Origin: an uncultured delta proteobacterium
GTDB lineage: Bacteria; Myxococcota_A; Polyangia; Polyangiales; Polyangiaceae
Length of the DNA stretch: 64,000 nucleotides
Assembly: GCA_963716725.1 (NCBI GenBank)
Contig: CAVQUB010000032.1
Coordinates: forward strand, 32,001-96,000
Reading direction: 5' to 3'
Shown: positions 36,732 through 46,828 of the stretch, piece after piece
Layout: every line of letters begins with the position of its first letter
Numbering within the stretch: position 1 is the first letter of the stretch
Notes under the pieces: model-generated
The model's input: the letters and a program-made list of their open reading frames with translations, nothing else
Database searches by the model: none
Told to the model about the DNA's origin: nothing
Program-made: the position numbers and the translations under genes

Positions 36732-37565
36732 CTAGAACCGCGGCCCTGCCGGGCTGGTCAGCAGCAAGCTGCAAGGTGCCGAGCGGAGCAGGCGCTCGGC
36801 GGTCCCACCGAGGAACACCCTTCGGAGGCCGGCAAGTCCGGTGCGACCGAGGATCAGCAGATCTGTCCCCTCTTTCGCCGCCAGCTGTCGAAGGGCTTCG
36901 TCCGCTCGGCCCGACGCGCTGCGGAGCGAGCCGAGCAGGTTCGAGCAACAGGTGCTTTCCACGAACTCGTTGACCTGCTCCAGGCGCGCGTCGAGGTCTG
37001 CCCGCTCGTCGGGGCGGGCCGTGAGCATGGGGTCTTCGACGACGTGCACCACCGTGGGGGTCGCAGCAAACCGCTCGCAGAAGTCCGACGCGAAGACCAA
37101 CGCCTCACGCGATGCGGCGGATCGATCGACCGCTACCATCACGCGGGCCAGGCCGGGCTCGCGCCTTGGACGGCTAATCCAGACCGGCTGCCGGGCAAAG
37201 CGTCCGACGGTTGCGGCCGTGGCGCCGGTGCCGGCGTCGCCGCTGGCGCGGTCTCCGGCCCCAATCACGATCAGGCTCGAGTCGAGGGCCTCTGCGGTGT
37301 GGATCAGGGCTTCGGCAGCGCTGCCCTGGGTCACCCGTTCTTCGCCCACGCTCGCTCCCGCGGCGAGTAGCGCCTCGCGCCAAACCGCGAGTTCGCGCCG
37401 TGAGCGAGCATCGTCATCGGAGCTCGTCCTCGGATAGGGCGGGTGCACATGCACGACGTCCACCGGCACCGAATACGCTCGCGACAGCATTGCCGAGTCG
37501 AAGCGAGCCAACTCGGCGGCCTTGCCGAAATCGGTGGCGAGGAGGATTCGAAGCAGTCCGGCCAT
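36732..37565 (-). CDS. Universal stress protein (two tandem USP domains)
   Basis: RILLATDFG, LIVIGA; VMVAVD.S, DLLILGRTG...LGGTAERLLRSAPCSLL. Confidence 0.88.
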   Translation of the reverse strand: MAGLLRILLATDFGKAAELARFDSAMLSRAYSVPVDVVHVHPPYPRTSSDDDARSRRELAVWREALLAAGASVGEERVTQGSAAEALIHTAEALDSSLIVIGAGDRASGDAGTGATAATVGRFARQPVWISRPRREPGLARVMVAVDRSAASREALVFASDFCERFAATPTVVHVVEDPMLTARPDERADLDARLEQVNEFVESTCCSNLLGSLRSASGRADEALRQLAAKEGTDLLILGRTGLAGLRRVFLGGTAERLLRSAPCSLLLTSPAGPRF

Positions 37566-37579
37566 GGACAATCGACCTT

Positions 37580-37595
37580 AGCAAGGCATACGCCA
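37580..37595 (-). promoter_or_regulatory. sigma54 promoter for USP-acyltransferase-epimerase genes
   Basis: Minus strand TGGCGTATGCCTTGCT; paired sites at 37637-37651 and 37668-37682. Confidence 0.7.
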
Positions 37596-37712
37596 CTCGG
37601 ACTCGAGGGGAATCGCCTTCGAAGCGGCGTTGGTCCCCGCATCGGTTTCCGGCTGGGCGCTCGTCTCCCGCAAAGATTACCGCCCCTTGCCCCCGATGAG
37701 CGCGCCGGGCGA

Positions 37713-37728
37713 TGGCAAGCGTCTCGCA
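37713..37728 (+). promoter_or_regulatory. Possible sigma54 promoter for the His-rich lipoprotein
   Basis: TGGCAAGCGTCTCGCA (GG-N10-GC). Confidence 0.5.
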
Positions 37729-37767
37729 ACACTGTATCGTGTCGGTCCTACGTTGCGGAGGCACACT

Positions 37768-38109
37768 ATGTCGAGTTGGATGCGGGGTTCTGTGGTCGCG
37801 GTCGCGGTCGTGGTTGGCGTTGCCGCGCTGGCGGTGGGCTGTGACAAGGGTGAGGGCGCCGCCGGAACCAAATGCGGAAACGGCGCTCAGGCGGAGCTCA
37901 CGGGCAACCACGGCCATGCCGTCGAGATCAGCGCCGATCAGATCAAGCGTGGCATGGGTGGCGGGCTGGGCGTGAAGGGTGGGGACCACGAGCACGCGAT
38001 CATGCTCAAAGACGAGGACATGAAGAAGCTGCAGGCGGGAGAGAAGGTGTCGACGCGCACCAGCAGCGTGAACGGTCACATGCACGAGGTGACCATCAGC
38101 TGCAAATAG
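37768..38109 (+). CDS. Small lipoprotein with three HxH motifs (putative metal-binding protein)
   Basis: Lipobox LAVGC; NHGH, DHEH, GHMH; Cys near the N- and C-termini; GGAGG Shine-Dalgarno. Confidence 0.8.
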   Translation: MSSWMRGSVVAVAVVVGVAALAVGCDKGEGAAGTKCGNGAQAELTGNHGHAVEISADQIKRGMGGGLGVKGGDHEHAIMLKDEDMKKLQAGEKVSTRTSSVNGHMHEVTISCK

Positions 38110-38116
38110 CCCCGGG

Positions 38117-39175
38117 TCAGCAGATCCGTGGCAGCTGTTCGCCGCTCTGAAGCCTCAGCGGGCGCATCGCGCCGAGGGGGCCCCGGGCGGACACCGAGCC
38201 GCGCGTGCCGCGCATCTTCGTCACGGTGCCGATGCGGACCGCCGCGGACGAGACGGAGTGCGCGCGCAGTGCGGCCAGGCATGCCGCCTCGTCGGCCGCC
38301 GGGACGATGGCCACCATTCGGCCCTCGTTCGCGACGTAGAGCGGATCGAGCCCGAATAGCTCGCACGCCCCCCGGACGGCGTCGTGCACCGGCACCAGGC
38401 CCTCGTCGATCTCCATGTCCACGCTCGAGTCCAAGCAGAGCTCCGCCAAAGCCGAGGCCAAGCCCCCGCGGGTCAGATCGCGCAGGCAGTGCAGGTCGAC
38501 TTTGGCCTCCAGGAGCGCGCGCACGGGATCGACGAGGGGAGCGCAATCGCTCTGGAGGGTGCTCCCGAGCTCGAGTCCGGCGCGCACGCCCATGACCGCG
38601 ATTCCATGGCGGCCGACGTCACCGCTCGCGATCACGGCGTCCCCAGCCTGAATGCGCCCGGGCCGCACGTCCACGGTGTCGCGGACCCAGCCGACGCCCG
38701 CGGTGTTGATGTAGACTCCGTGCCCTCGACCGCGGTCGACCACCTTCGTGTCTCCAGTGACGATGGCGACGCGGCATTCCGCAGCAGCGTCGGCCATCGA
38801 CTGCACGACCCGCCGCAGGCTGTCGAGGGGGAAGCCCTCCTCGAGCACGAATCCCGCGCTCAGATACGCGGGTTCGGCCCCCGCCATGCAGAGGTCGTTC
38901 ACGGTGCCGCACACCGCGAGCGTGCCGATGTCCCCTCCGGGAAAGAAGATGGGGTCCACGACGTAGCTGTCGGTGGTCATGGCGAGTCGGGCGGCGCCCA
39001 CCGGGAGCACGGCGGAATCGTGGCGCGCCACCGGCGCGGAGGAGTCGAAGGCGGGACCGAAGACCTGCTCGATCAGGTCGCGCATCAGCCGGCCACCACC
39101 ACCATGTGCGAGCTGCACGGTGTCGTGACGGAGCGGGGAGGCCGGACAGCTCGGCGAGAAGGGTTCGCGGCTCAT
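38117..39175 (-). CDS. hypE: Hydrogenase maturation protein HypE
   Basis: [44 protein letters not shown]-terminal GEQLPRIC. Confidence 0.96.
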   Translation of the reverse strand: MSREPFSPSCPASPLRHDTVQLAHGGGGRLMRDLIEQVFGPAFDSSAPVARHDSAVLPVGAARLAMTTDSYVVDPIFFPGGDIGTLAVCGTVNDLCMAGAEPAYLSAGFVLEEGFPLDSLRRVVQSMADAAAECRVAIVTGDTKVVDRGRGHGVYINTAGVGWVRDTVDVRPGRIQAGDAVIASGDVGRHGIAVMGVRAGLELGSTLQSDCAPLVDPVRALLEAKVDLHCLRDLTRGGLASALAELCLDSSVDMEIDEGLVPVHDAVRGACELFGLDPLYVANEGRMVAIVPAADEAACLAALRAHSVSSAAVRIGTVTKMRGTRGSVSARGPLGAMRPLRLQSGEQLPRIC

Positions 39176-40263
39176 GTCGCCGGCCGCCGATACGCGTAGT
39201 ACGCAGCACACGCGCCCTCGCTCGAGACCATGGTCGCACCCAGGGGGTGCTCGGGAGTGCAGCGCGTGCCGAACGCGGGGCAGTCGGTGGGCTTCTCCAC
39301 CCCGCGCAGAATCCGCCCGCTCCGGCACTCCGCCGGCTCTTCTGCTCGCACGCTGCCCACGTCGAAGCGGCGCTCCGCATCCAAGGCCAGGTATTCCGCG
39401 CGGAGGCCCAGCCCGCTCGCAGGGATTTCGCCGATGCCGCGCCACTTTCGCGGGACCACCTCGAACACGGAGTCGACCATCCGACGCGCATCGGCGTTGC
39501 CGTGCTCGGCGACCGAGCGCGCATACTGATTTTCGACCTCGTGGCGCCCGCTCTCGAGTTGCTCGACGCACATCAAGATGCCCTGGAGTAAATCGAGGGG
39601 TTCGAAACCCGTGGCGACGATGGGAACGCGGAAACGCTCGGCGATGGGCCGGTACTCGTCGAGGCCCATCACCGTGCACACGTGTCCGGCGGCGATGAAC
39701 GCATCGACCGTTGCCTCGGCGTCCGACAGGATGGCCAAGAGCGCGGGAGGCACCAGCACGTGGGACACCAGGAGCGAAAAGTTCGCCAGCCCTTCGCGCT
39801 TGGCGAGATGGGCGCACATGGCGATGGCCGGCGCGGTGGTCTCGAAGCCAACGGCGAAAAACACGACCTCTCGCTGGGGGTTTTCCCGGGCGACGCCCAA
39901 GGCGTCGAGGGGGGAGTAGACCACTCGGACGTCGGCTCCGCGGCTCTTGGCCCCGAACAAGTCGGAGGTCGAGCCGGGGACCCGGAGCATGTCGCCGAAG
40001 GAGCACAGGATCACGCCGGGCTTTTCGGCGATGGCGATCGCGCGCTCGATCATCTCCAGCGGCGTGACGCAGACCGGGCACCCGGGCCCGTGGATCAGTG
40101 TCACGCGATCCGGGAGCAGCTGATCGATGCCGAAGCGCACGATGGAGTGCGTCTGGCCTCCGCAGACTTCCATGATGCGCCAGGGGCGGGTCACCGTCGT
40201 TGCGATGGTTTCGGCGCAGCGTTGCGCCAGGGCGGGGTCTCGGAACTCGTCGATGAGCTTCAT
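39172..40263 (-). CDS. hypD: Hydrogenase maturation protein HypD
   Basis: [38 protein letters not shown]. Confidence 0.96.
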   Translation of the reverse strand: MKLIDEFRDPALAQRCAETIATTVTRPWRIMEVCGGQTHSIVRFGIDQLLPDRVTLIHGPGCPVCVTPLEMIERAIAIAEKPGVILCSFGDMLRVPGSTSDLFGAKSRGADVRVVYSPLDALGVARENPQREVVFFAVGFETTAPAIAMCAHLAKREGLANFSLLVSHVLVPPALLAILSDAEATVDAFIAAGHVCTVMGLDEYRPIAERFRVPIVATGFEPLDLLQGILMCVEQLESGRHEVENQYARSVAEHGNADARRMVDSVFEVVPRKWRGIGEIPASGLGLRAEYLALDAERRFDVGSVRAEEPAECRSGRILRGVEKPTDCPAFGTRCTPEHPLGATMVSSEGACAAYYAYRRPAT

Positions 40264-40499
40264 GGATCGAGCTCCGCGAGGTTGCCCAGAGCCGCGAGGT
40301 GCTCGAGCGTTCGGCGGGCTTCTTCTTGGTTGACGACGCTGATGGCGAAGCCGACGTGAACGATGACGTAGTCGCCGACCTTCACCTCTGGCACGTAGGC
40401 CAGGCAGACCTCCTTCTCGATCCCGCCGAAGGCCACGCGTCCGGACGCAAGCGTGCCGGGGACGACGCTCAGGACCTTTCCCGGGATGCCAAGGCACAT
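40260..40499 (-). CDS. hypC: Hydrogenase maturation chaperone HypC
   Basis: [19 protein letters not shown]. Confidence 0.95.
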   Translation of the reverse strand: MCLGIPGKVLSVVPGTLASGRVAFGGIEKEVCLAYVPEVKVGDYVIVHVGFAISVVNQEEARRTLEHLAALGNLAELDP

Positions 40500-40566
40500 A
40501 CGCTCCGGATAGCAGAGCTCCGGAGAAATGACACGGGCTCGGGCCCGAGCGCCGAGAGCCTTGGCC

Positions 40567-41895
40567 TCAGGACGGGCCCTGACCCTTGCACAGCGCCAAG
40601 ATTTGAAGGTCGGCGTTCGGACTGCCTTGCACCGCAGTGCAGGTGTTCGCACAGAGCTTGATCTTGGTGCCTTCGATGTAGAAGGCGTCCTGGGTGCAGG
40701 CGGCGGCGTTCGCGACCTGGGTGATCTTGGTCGGACTGCCGCCTTGCGGAGTGAACTCGATGCTGATGGTCGCGGGATCGATCTCTTTGCCCTGGGGTGG
40801 TTCGGGCAGGTCGAAATCGCAGGCGATCGACGCGCTCTTGATCACGCCCTTGGCGATCTCCTGGAACACCACGTCGAACCCCTGGCCCTCGCACACCGGG
40901 AATTTGATGCCGCCCGTCATGTTGCTGAGCCACTGGTAGCCGGTGCCGGGGCCGGGCGCGGTGCTGCACTTGCTGGTGGAGACCGGGTCGGTGGCCGCCC
41001 AGGATTTGTTCGGGCTGCCCGGGTTCGCCCCGACGCCGACGATGCTGTACCAGGTGTAGTTGCGATTGGTGGAGTCGCCGAATTGCGCTGGGTCTCGGGC
41101 CAGGAGGTCGGCGTCGAACTTCTCGGCCGCGGTCTTGCCGGCGGCGACCTGATCGCTGTCGTTGTAGCTCCACTGGCCCCGGGTGCAGCTGATCCCGTCG
41201 TCCGTGATCTCGACGAAGGCCTTGAAGGCTTCCGGACGGAGCCACTCGCGCCAACCGGTCTTTGCCAAGTTGTAGCGGTCGGGTTTGTCGTACCAGTCGA
41301 TCATCTTGCACCACGAGTCGTGGCTCTCCACGTCGTTGTTGTCGTAGTGGTAGAAGATTGGCGGGTTGTTCACCGGCGGCTGGTTTGCCGCCACCGGGCA
41401 CTTGGTGCCACCCAGCGGTGCGCCGATGCAGATCGACTCGTCGGGATTGGCGGGGCCTTGTTCGGCGATGAACACGACGCGGTAGTCCACGCCCGACGCC
41501 TTGATGATCTGGGCAAAGTTCGTGTTGATGTTCTTCTCGATGGCGATGATCTCGTCCGTCATGCTGCACGAGTTGTCGAGGATGAAGACCACGTCGACGG
41601 GCTTCTTCTCGAGCTTGGCAGAGTACTTCTGTAGGTCGCAGGCCGCGTCTGGGTCGATGCCGGTATCTGCTGGCCCGGAGTCGATGACGATACCCGCGCC
41701 GCTGCCACCGTTGCCGCTGGCTGAGCTGCCGCCCGAACCTCCGCTGCCACCTCCCGCAGCGGTGCCGCCACCGAAGGAGTTGTCGGCGGTGCCACTGTCG
41801 GTGCCGCTGCAGGCCGCGGCGAAGGCCGAGCCGATCAACACGCCGGCGGCCGTGGTTCCAAGTGTGCGAAGAGTCAGCAGCGACCGTGAGCTCAT
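40567..41895 (-). CDS. vWA-domain Cys-rich lipoprotein (myxobacterial type)
   Basis: Lipobox FAAAC, Gly/Ser linker, MIDAS-like DVVFILDNSCSM, ITDD, C-terminal Cys-rich domain. Confidence 0.8.
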   Translation of the reverse strand: MSSRSLLTLRTLGTTAAGVLIGSAFAAACSGTDSGTADNSFGGGTAAGGGSGGSGGSSASGNGGSGAGIVIDSGPADTGIDPDAACDLQKYSAKLEKKPVDVVFILDNSCSMTDEIIAIEKNINTNFAQIIKASGVDYRVVFIAEQGPANPDESICIGAPLGGTKCPVAANQPPVNNPPIFYHYDNNDVESHDSWCKMIDWYDKPDRYNLAKTGWREWLRPEAFKAFVEITDDGISCTRGQWSYNDSDQVAAGKTAAEKFDADLLARDPAQFGDSTNRNYTWYSIVGVGANPGSPNKSWAATDPVSTSKCSTAPGPGTGYQWLSNMTGGIKFPVCEGQGFDVVFQEIAKGVIKSASIACDFDLPEPPQGKEIDPATISIEFTPQGGSPTKITQVANAAACTQDAFYIEGTKIKLCANTCTAVQGSPNADLQILALCKGQGPS

Positions 41896-42001
41896 GCTCG
41901 CCTCCGGGTTTGTGGGCGGGTCGGCCCAAGCCAACCGCCAGTGTAGCGGAATACTGGGGCAGGGCAGCCCTGGCCGCGCCAAAATTGCGCTATCTCGGCG
42001 C

Positions 42002-42037
42002 CTGGGCGTCGCTGGGCGTCGCTGGGCGTCGCTGGGC
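42002..42037. repeat. 10-bp intergenic tandem repeat CTGGGCGTCG x3.6
   Basis: cctgggcgtc gctgggcgtc gctgggcgtc gctgggc. Confidence 0.85.
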
Positions 42038-42119
42038 CCGCGCTTTGTCGCTTCGCGGACTCGGGACTTGACCGTAGCTCCCGGCGACTGTTTCCTCCCG
42101 CGCCAGAGAGACCTTCACC

Positions 42120-42737
42120 ATGGCTTTGACGCGAGACGGTGTCTTCTGGTCGGCCTTCTCCGCAATGACGGAGAAGACAGTCCGTGCAACTGATTGCTTG
42201 CGCGAGATGCTCGAGCAGCCTGGGCGAGCGGGCGAGCTCTCGAAGCGCATCAAGGACATCGAGCACGAGGGTGACAAGATCACTCACGAGGTCGTGCAGG
42301 CGCTCCATCAGACCTGGATCACGCCGCTCGACCGCGAAGAAATTCACAACCTGATCACGAGCCTCGATTCAGTGCTCGATTTCGTCGACGCGGCCAGCGA
42401 CAAGATCGCGCTCTACGAGGTAGAGAGCGTGCGGTCCGAGGCGCTCGAACTGGTCGAGACCTTGAAGCTATCGGTGGTGGACGTCGAGAAGGCGGTCGCG
42501 GGGTTGCAGAAGATCAAGGATCCGGCCCCGCTGCTCGCGCTCTGTCGCGCCATCAACAAGCACGAGCACGACGCGGACGTGATCTTCCGGCGTGGCTTGG
42601 CTCGACTGTTCAAAGAGCGCACGGATCCCCTCGAGCTGATGAAGTGGCGTGACATCCTGGAGTCGATGGAGACCGCCACGGACCGTGCCGAAGACGTCGC
42701 CAACATCATCGAGGGCATCATTTTGGAGCATGCCTGA
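42120..42737 (+). CDS. DUF47 / PhoU-like phosphate transport regulator
   Basis: IEHEGDKITHE, TWITPLDREEI, EHDAD, ETATDRAEDVANIIE. Confidence 0.92.
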   Translation: MALTRDGVFWSAFSAMTEKTVRATDCLREMLEQPGRAGELSKRIKDIEHEGDKITHEVVQALHQTWITPLDREEIHNLITSLDSVLDFVDAASDKIALYEVESVRSEALELVETLKLSVVDVEKAVAGLQKIKDPAPLLALCRAINKHEHDADVIFRRGLARLFKERTDPLELMKWRDILESMETATDRAEDVANIIEGIILEHA

Positions 42738-43750
42738 TGACTCCGCTGCAGATCGTGATCGGGCTGGTCGCGATCGCGTTGGTCTTCGATTTCATCAATG
42801 GGTTTCACGACGCGGCGAACTCCATTGCTACCGTGGTGAGCACGCGGGTGCTGTCGCCCCGCGCCGCCGTGGTCTGGGCGGCGTTCTTCAACTTCGTGGC
42901 GTTTCTCGTGTACCCGACCCACGTGTCCTCGTCGATCGCCAAGGGCGTCGCGCTCTCGAGCGTCACCTACAACGTGATCTTCGCCACGCTCATCGGCGCC
43001 ATCGTCTGGAACCTGCTGACCTGGTGGTGGGGCCTACCGAGCTCGTCGTCGCACGCATTGATGGGTGCCTTCGCCGGCGGCGCCCTGGCCAATACGCCGA
43101 GCTTGTCGGTTCTCGACATGAAGGTCTTCGGCAAGACCATCGCGTTCATCGTCATCGCTCCGCTCTTGGGTAGCCTGATCGGCTTCGCGCTGATGAAGCT
43201 GGTCAAGGCGCTGTTCGGGCACTGGAGGCCGGGCAAGATCGACAAATACTTCAGGCGGGGGCAGCTCTTCTCCGCGGCGCTCTACTCCCTGGGGCACGGA
43301 GGCAACGACGCCCAGAAGACCATGGGCATCATCACGCTCTTGCTCATCACCGCGGGGTTGCAGGAGAAAGCCAAGACGGTCGAGCCACAGCTCTGGGTCG
43401 TGCTGCTCTGCCATGCGGCCATGGGCTTCGGTACGCTCATGGGCGGCTGGCGCATCGTCAAGACGATGGGCATGAAGATCACCAAGCTGCGCCCGGTCGG
43501 CGGATTCTGCGCGGAGACCAGCGGCGCCATTACGCTCGCCCTGGCGACCTTCATGGGCATCCCTGTGTCCACCACCCACACCATCACCGGATCCATCGTC
43601 GGGGTCGGCACCGCGGAGCGGCGCCTCAACGCGGTCCGCTGGGGCGTCGCTGGCAGAATCGTCTGGGCGTGGGTGTTCACGATCCCGGCTTCGGCGATCA
43701 TCGCCGTCCTCACCTACCTGGTGATCGTGGCGATTTCAGGCCGGCCCTGA
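42737..43750 (+). CDS. Inorganic phosphate transporter (PiT family)
   Basis: NGFHDAANSIAT, GLPSSSSHAL, HGGNDAQK, GIPVSTTH. Confidence 0.95.
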   Translation: MTPLQIVIGLVAIALVFDFINGFHDAANSIATVVSTRVLSPRAAVVWAAFFNFVAFLVYPTHVSSSIAKGVALSSVTYNVIFATLIGAIVWNLLTWWWGLPSSSSHALMGAFAGGALANTPSLSVLDMKVFGKTIAFIVIAPLLGSLIGFALMKLVKALFGHWRPGKIDKYFRRGQLFSAALYSLGHGGNDAQKTMGIITLLLITAGLQEKAKTVEPQLWVVLLCHAAMGFGTLMGGWRIVKTMGMKITKLRPVGGFCAETSGAITLALATFMGIPVSTTHTITGSIVGVGTAERRLNAVRWGVAGRIVWAWVFTIPASAIIAVLTYLVIVAISGRP

Positions 43751-43753
43751 CGG

Positions 43754-46015
43754 TCATCCGTCGCGCCGCGGGGCTCGGGCCCCGGAGCGAGACACCGCCG
43801 CTACGAAGGCCTGCCCCACGGAAATTCCTCCGTCGTTCACCGGGACCCGTTCCGGTGACAGGACGCGGAACCCGCGCGCCTCGAGCAGCTGCCTCGAGCC
43901 GTTCAAGAGCAGCGCGTTCTGGAAGCAGCCGCCACTGAGCACGACATGCTCCTTGCCTGCTCGCTCGGCGATGGTCCCGGTGGTTGCGATCAGAGCCGCG
44001 TGAAAGCGCGCGGCAGCGATCTCGGGATCGGCCTCCCCGAGCGCCGCGCGCAGCGCCGGTTCCCAGTCCACCATGGCGGGTGCACCGTCGACGAGCAGCA
44101 TCGGGTACGCCTCCTGGGCGCCAGCCCGCTCGGCGGCCAGCTCCAGCTCAATCGCGGCCTGGCCTTCGAAGGCCGAGCGCTCCGCGAAGCCAAGCAGCGC
44201 GGACAGCGCATCGAAGAGCCGTCCCATGCTGGTGGTGAGCCGAGCGTGTGCGCCCGTCTCGAGCATGCCCAGCAGCACCCCCGCATGCGCGGGAGGGTAC
44301 CAGCGACTCGCCCACTCGCGCGCCAACGCGGGATCGATCGCGTGCAGCACCCCGAGGGCGGCGCGTCGCGGATCGCGAGCCGCCGCGTCGCCGCCGGGCA
44401 GACGAAATGGGCGCAAGTGCGCGATGCGATCAGCGCCCGCGCCGTCGACGATCAGCGCCTCGCCGCCCCAGATCGTGCCGTCCGGTCCCAGGCCGGTGCC
44501 GTCCCAAGCAAGTCCGAGCACCGACTGCTGAACCTCGTGCTCTGCCAGCGCCGCAGCGACGTGCGCGTGATGGTGTTGGACCCGCATGAGGGGGACCCCA
44601 AGGCGTCCTGCGATGCGCTCCGCGAGCTGGGTCGATGCGTAGTCTGGATGCAGATCGCAGGCCACGAGGTCCGGGGATGCGTCGAAGAAGCGACACAGGT
44701 CGTCGACTGCGCGCTCCTGCCCGGCGATGGCCGCGACGGTCTCGAGATCGCCGAGGTGATGGCTCGGAATCAGCTGCCCGCGGTGGAGCAGGGTGACGGT
44801 GTTCTTCATCTGTGCGCCGACGGCCAGTACAGTCCGGTTCGAGTCGAGCCTGGCCACCGGTCGGGGAGAGAAACCCCGCGCGCGCCGGAGGAGGCAGAGG
44901 CCGGTCGGGCCGACGCGGGCCACCGAATCGTCGATCGGGCGTACGATCTCGCGGTTGTGGACCAACAGCTCGTCGGCGATCTCGCCGAGAGCGGAGAGCG
45001 CCTCGGTAACGCCGGTGCACATGGGTTCTTCGGAGCGGTTGCCGCTCGTACACACCAGCGGTCGGCCCACCGCTTTGGCCAGTACCAGATGCAGTGGGCT
45101 GTAAGGCAAGAGCGCGCCGATGCGCGGGTTCCGGGGCGCCACGGCGGGCGCGATGTTCGACTCGGGGCGCTGGCGGACGAGCAGAATCGGGGCCTCCGGG
45201 CCACTGAGCGCCCGCTCTTCGGCCTCGCTGAGCAACACGTGTGAGCGCGCCTGAGCGGGCGACTCGAACAACACCGCGAGCGGTTTCTCTTCGCGGTGCT
45301 TTCGCTCTCTCAGGCGGCGCACCGCGTGCTGGTCCGTCGCGTCCGTCAGAAGTTGGAATCCGCCGACGGCGCGCAGCGCCAAGATGCCCCCTTGTCGGAG
45401 TAGGGCCGCCGCGCCCTGGAGGGCGTCTTCACGCGTGGCCAGCCGCCGCCCGCTCGGATCGAGCAGCGCGAGCGAGGGCCCGCAGGCCGGGCACGCGATG
45501 GGTTCGGCGTGGAAGCGCCGGTCATCCACCGAGCCGTATTCGAGGGCGCAGTCGGCGCACAGTTCGAACTGCTTCATGCTGGTGCGCGCCCGGTCGTAGG
45601 GCAGCGCCTCGACGATGCTGAAGCGCGGGCCGCAGCGCGTGCAGTTCGTGAACGGGTAGCGAAAGCGTCGCGCCTTCGGGTCTTCAATCTCCGCAGCGCA
45701 GTCCTCGCACAGCGCGAGGTCTGGCGGCAACGTCGCCTCGACCCGGGCAGCGTCGTCGCTGACCGCGATTTCGAAGCCCGACTCGGAGGCGTCCGGAAGC
45801 TCCTCTCGATCCACCTGCTGGACGTCGATTGGGGGTGGAAGCTGCGACAGCGCTTGGACCAACTCGAGCGCGCGGTCGCCTTGAGCCTCGATGCGCACCG
45901 AGCCGCGGCCGTTCCGCACGAAGCCGGTCAGACCCAGCAGACGAGCGAGCCGGCACACGCTGGGTCGAAAACCGACTCCCTGCACCACCCCCCGCACCGT
46001 CAGGCCGATCCGCAC
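43754..46015 (-). CDS. hypF: Carbamoyltransferase HypF
   Basis: VRGVVQGVGFRP, C..C Zn fingers (FTNCTRCGPR, HAEPIACPACGP), QHHHAH, DGTGLG, SGGCFQN, NDGGISVGQ; start approximate. Confidence 0.95.
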   Translation of the reverse strand: MRIGLTVRGVVQGVGFRPSVCRLARLLGLTGFVRNGRGSVRIEAQGDRALELVQALSQLPPPIDVQQVDREELPDASESGFEIAVSDDAARVEATLPPDLALCEDCAAEIEDPKARRFRYPFTNCTRCGPRFSIVEALPYDRARTSMKQFELCADCALEYGSVDDRRFHAEPIACPACGPSLALLDPSGRRLATREDALQGAAALLRQGGILALRAVGGFQLLTDATDQHAVRRLRERKHREEKPLAVLFESPAQARSHVLLSEAEERALSGPEAPILLVRQRPESNIAPAVAPRNPRIGALLPYSPLHLVLAKAVGRPLVCTSGNRSEEPMCTGVTEALSALGEIADELLVHNREIVRPIDDSVARVGPTGLCLLRRARGFSPRPVARLDSNRTVLAVGAQMKNTVTLLHRGQLIPSHHLGDLETVAAIAGQERAVDDLCRFFDASPDLVACDLHPDYASTQLAERIAGRLGVPLMRVQHHHAHVAAALAEHEVQQSVLGLAWDGTGLGPDGTIWGGEALIVDGAGADRIAHLRPFRLPGGDAAARDPRRAALGVLHAIDPALAREWASRWYPPAHAGVLLGMLETGAHARLTTSMGRLFDALSALLGFAERSAFEGQAAIELELAAERAGAQEAYPMLLVDGAPAMVDWEPALRAALGEADPEIAAARFHAALIATTGTIAERAGKEHVVLSGGCFQNALLLNGSRQLLEARGFRVLSPERVPVNDGGISVGQAFVAAVSRSGARAPRRDG

Positions 46016-46034
46016 GGCTGCCAGCTTCTCACAT

Positions 46035-46376
46035 TCACTCGACGTCGATGCTGTCGATCCTGAGGCCGACCGCTCCGAGCAGGTCCGCGTCCGTTCCGCC
46101 ACAGGTCGGGCAGAGGGTGATGTGGTGGTCTGGATCGTAGCTGGTGCCGCACGACCGGCACTTCGCCTTCACGTGGGTCAGCTTCAGATCCAGAGCTGCG
46201 GCTTCGGCCAGGGTGCCGACGGCGTGCGCGGTGAAGTGAAACTGGATGGCGTCGCCGTGCAGGTGCTCGGTCTCCGACAGCTCGCCACTCACACGGCGCA
46301 CCCGCTCGACGCCGTTCGTTCGTGCCAGATCGAGCACTGCGGTGAGGACAGAACGAGCGAGGGCGGATTCGTGCAT
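46035..46376 (-). CDS. hypA: Hydrogenase nickel metallochaperone HypA
   Basis: MHE N-terminus, CRSC and CPTC. Confidence 0.93.
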   Translation of the reverse strand: MHESALARSVLTAVLDLARTNGVERVRRVSGELSETEHLHGDAIQFHFTAHAVGTLAEAAALDLKLTHVKAKCRSCGTSYDPDHHITLCPTCGGTDADLLGAVGLRIDSIDVE

Positions 46377-46378
46377 GG

Positions 46379-46828
46379 TCAACTCCGGGTGAGATCGCGC
46401 ACCTTGGTGGCTGCGAGGGCAACGGCTGCGCGCACCGGCCCCGAGAGTTCGGTCGAGTACCCGCTCGGGCGATCGATGGCGATGGCGACGATCACGATGG
46501 GTGGAAGCACTCCGCCCGCCAGCACCTTCGCGAGCTCGAGGGCTTGTCCGACGCCAACGCCGTGGGTGGAGACCGGTGCCAGGGCGCTGTCGGCCAGCGC
46601 GGCGGCGTCGAGCGTTCGTACCGTACCCGGGGGTCCCGCGGCCACTGCAGCGTCGACGACCACGACGCGCTCCGCACCTTGAACGAGCTCGACCAACTGC
46701 GCCGCGTCAGCCACCCGGCACAGCTCGACCCCAGCGGGCGGATCTTGCTCGAGAGCATCGAGCACGCACAGACCGACGCCGTCGTCGCCCGCGACACGCT
46801 GCCCCAGCCCGATCACCCTCACCACCAC
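46379..46828 (-). CDS. Hydrogenase maturation protease
   Basis: VIGLG...GDDGVG, VVVDA, STHG. Confidence 0.9.
   Translation of the reverse strand: MVVRVIGLGQRVAGDDGVGLCVLDALEQDPPAGVELCRVADAAQLVELVQGAERVVVVDAAVAAGPPGTVRTLDAAALADSALAPVSTHGVGVGQALELAKVLAGGVLPPIVIVAIAIDRPSGYSTELSGPVRAAVALAATKVRDLTRS

Noticed and set aside
41925..41940. TGGCGGTTGGCTTGGG as a sigma54 promoter for the vWA gene and hypCDE
   Set aside because: Has GG instead of the conserved GC at -12, and only one convincing upstream site
42002..42037. 10-bp tandem repeat as a Pho-box-like site upstream of DUF47-PiT
   Set aside because: Period is 10, not 11, and it lacks the GTCA/TGTCA core; kept only as a simple repeat
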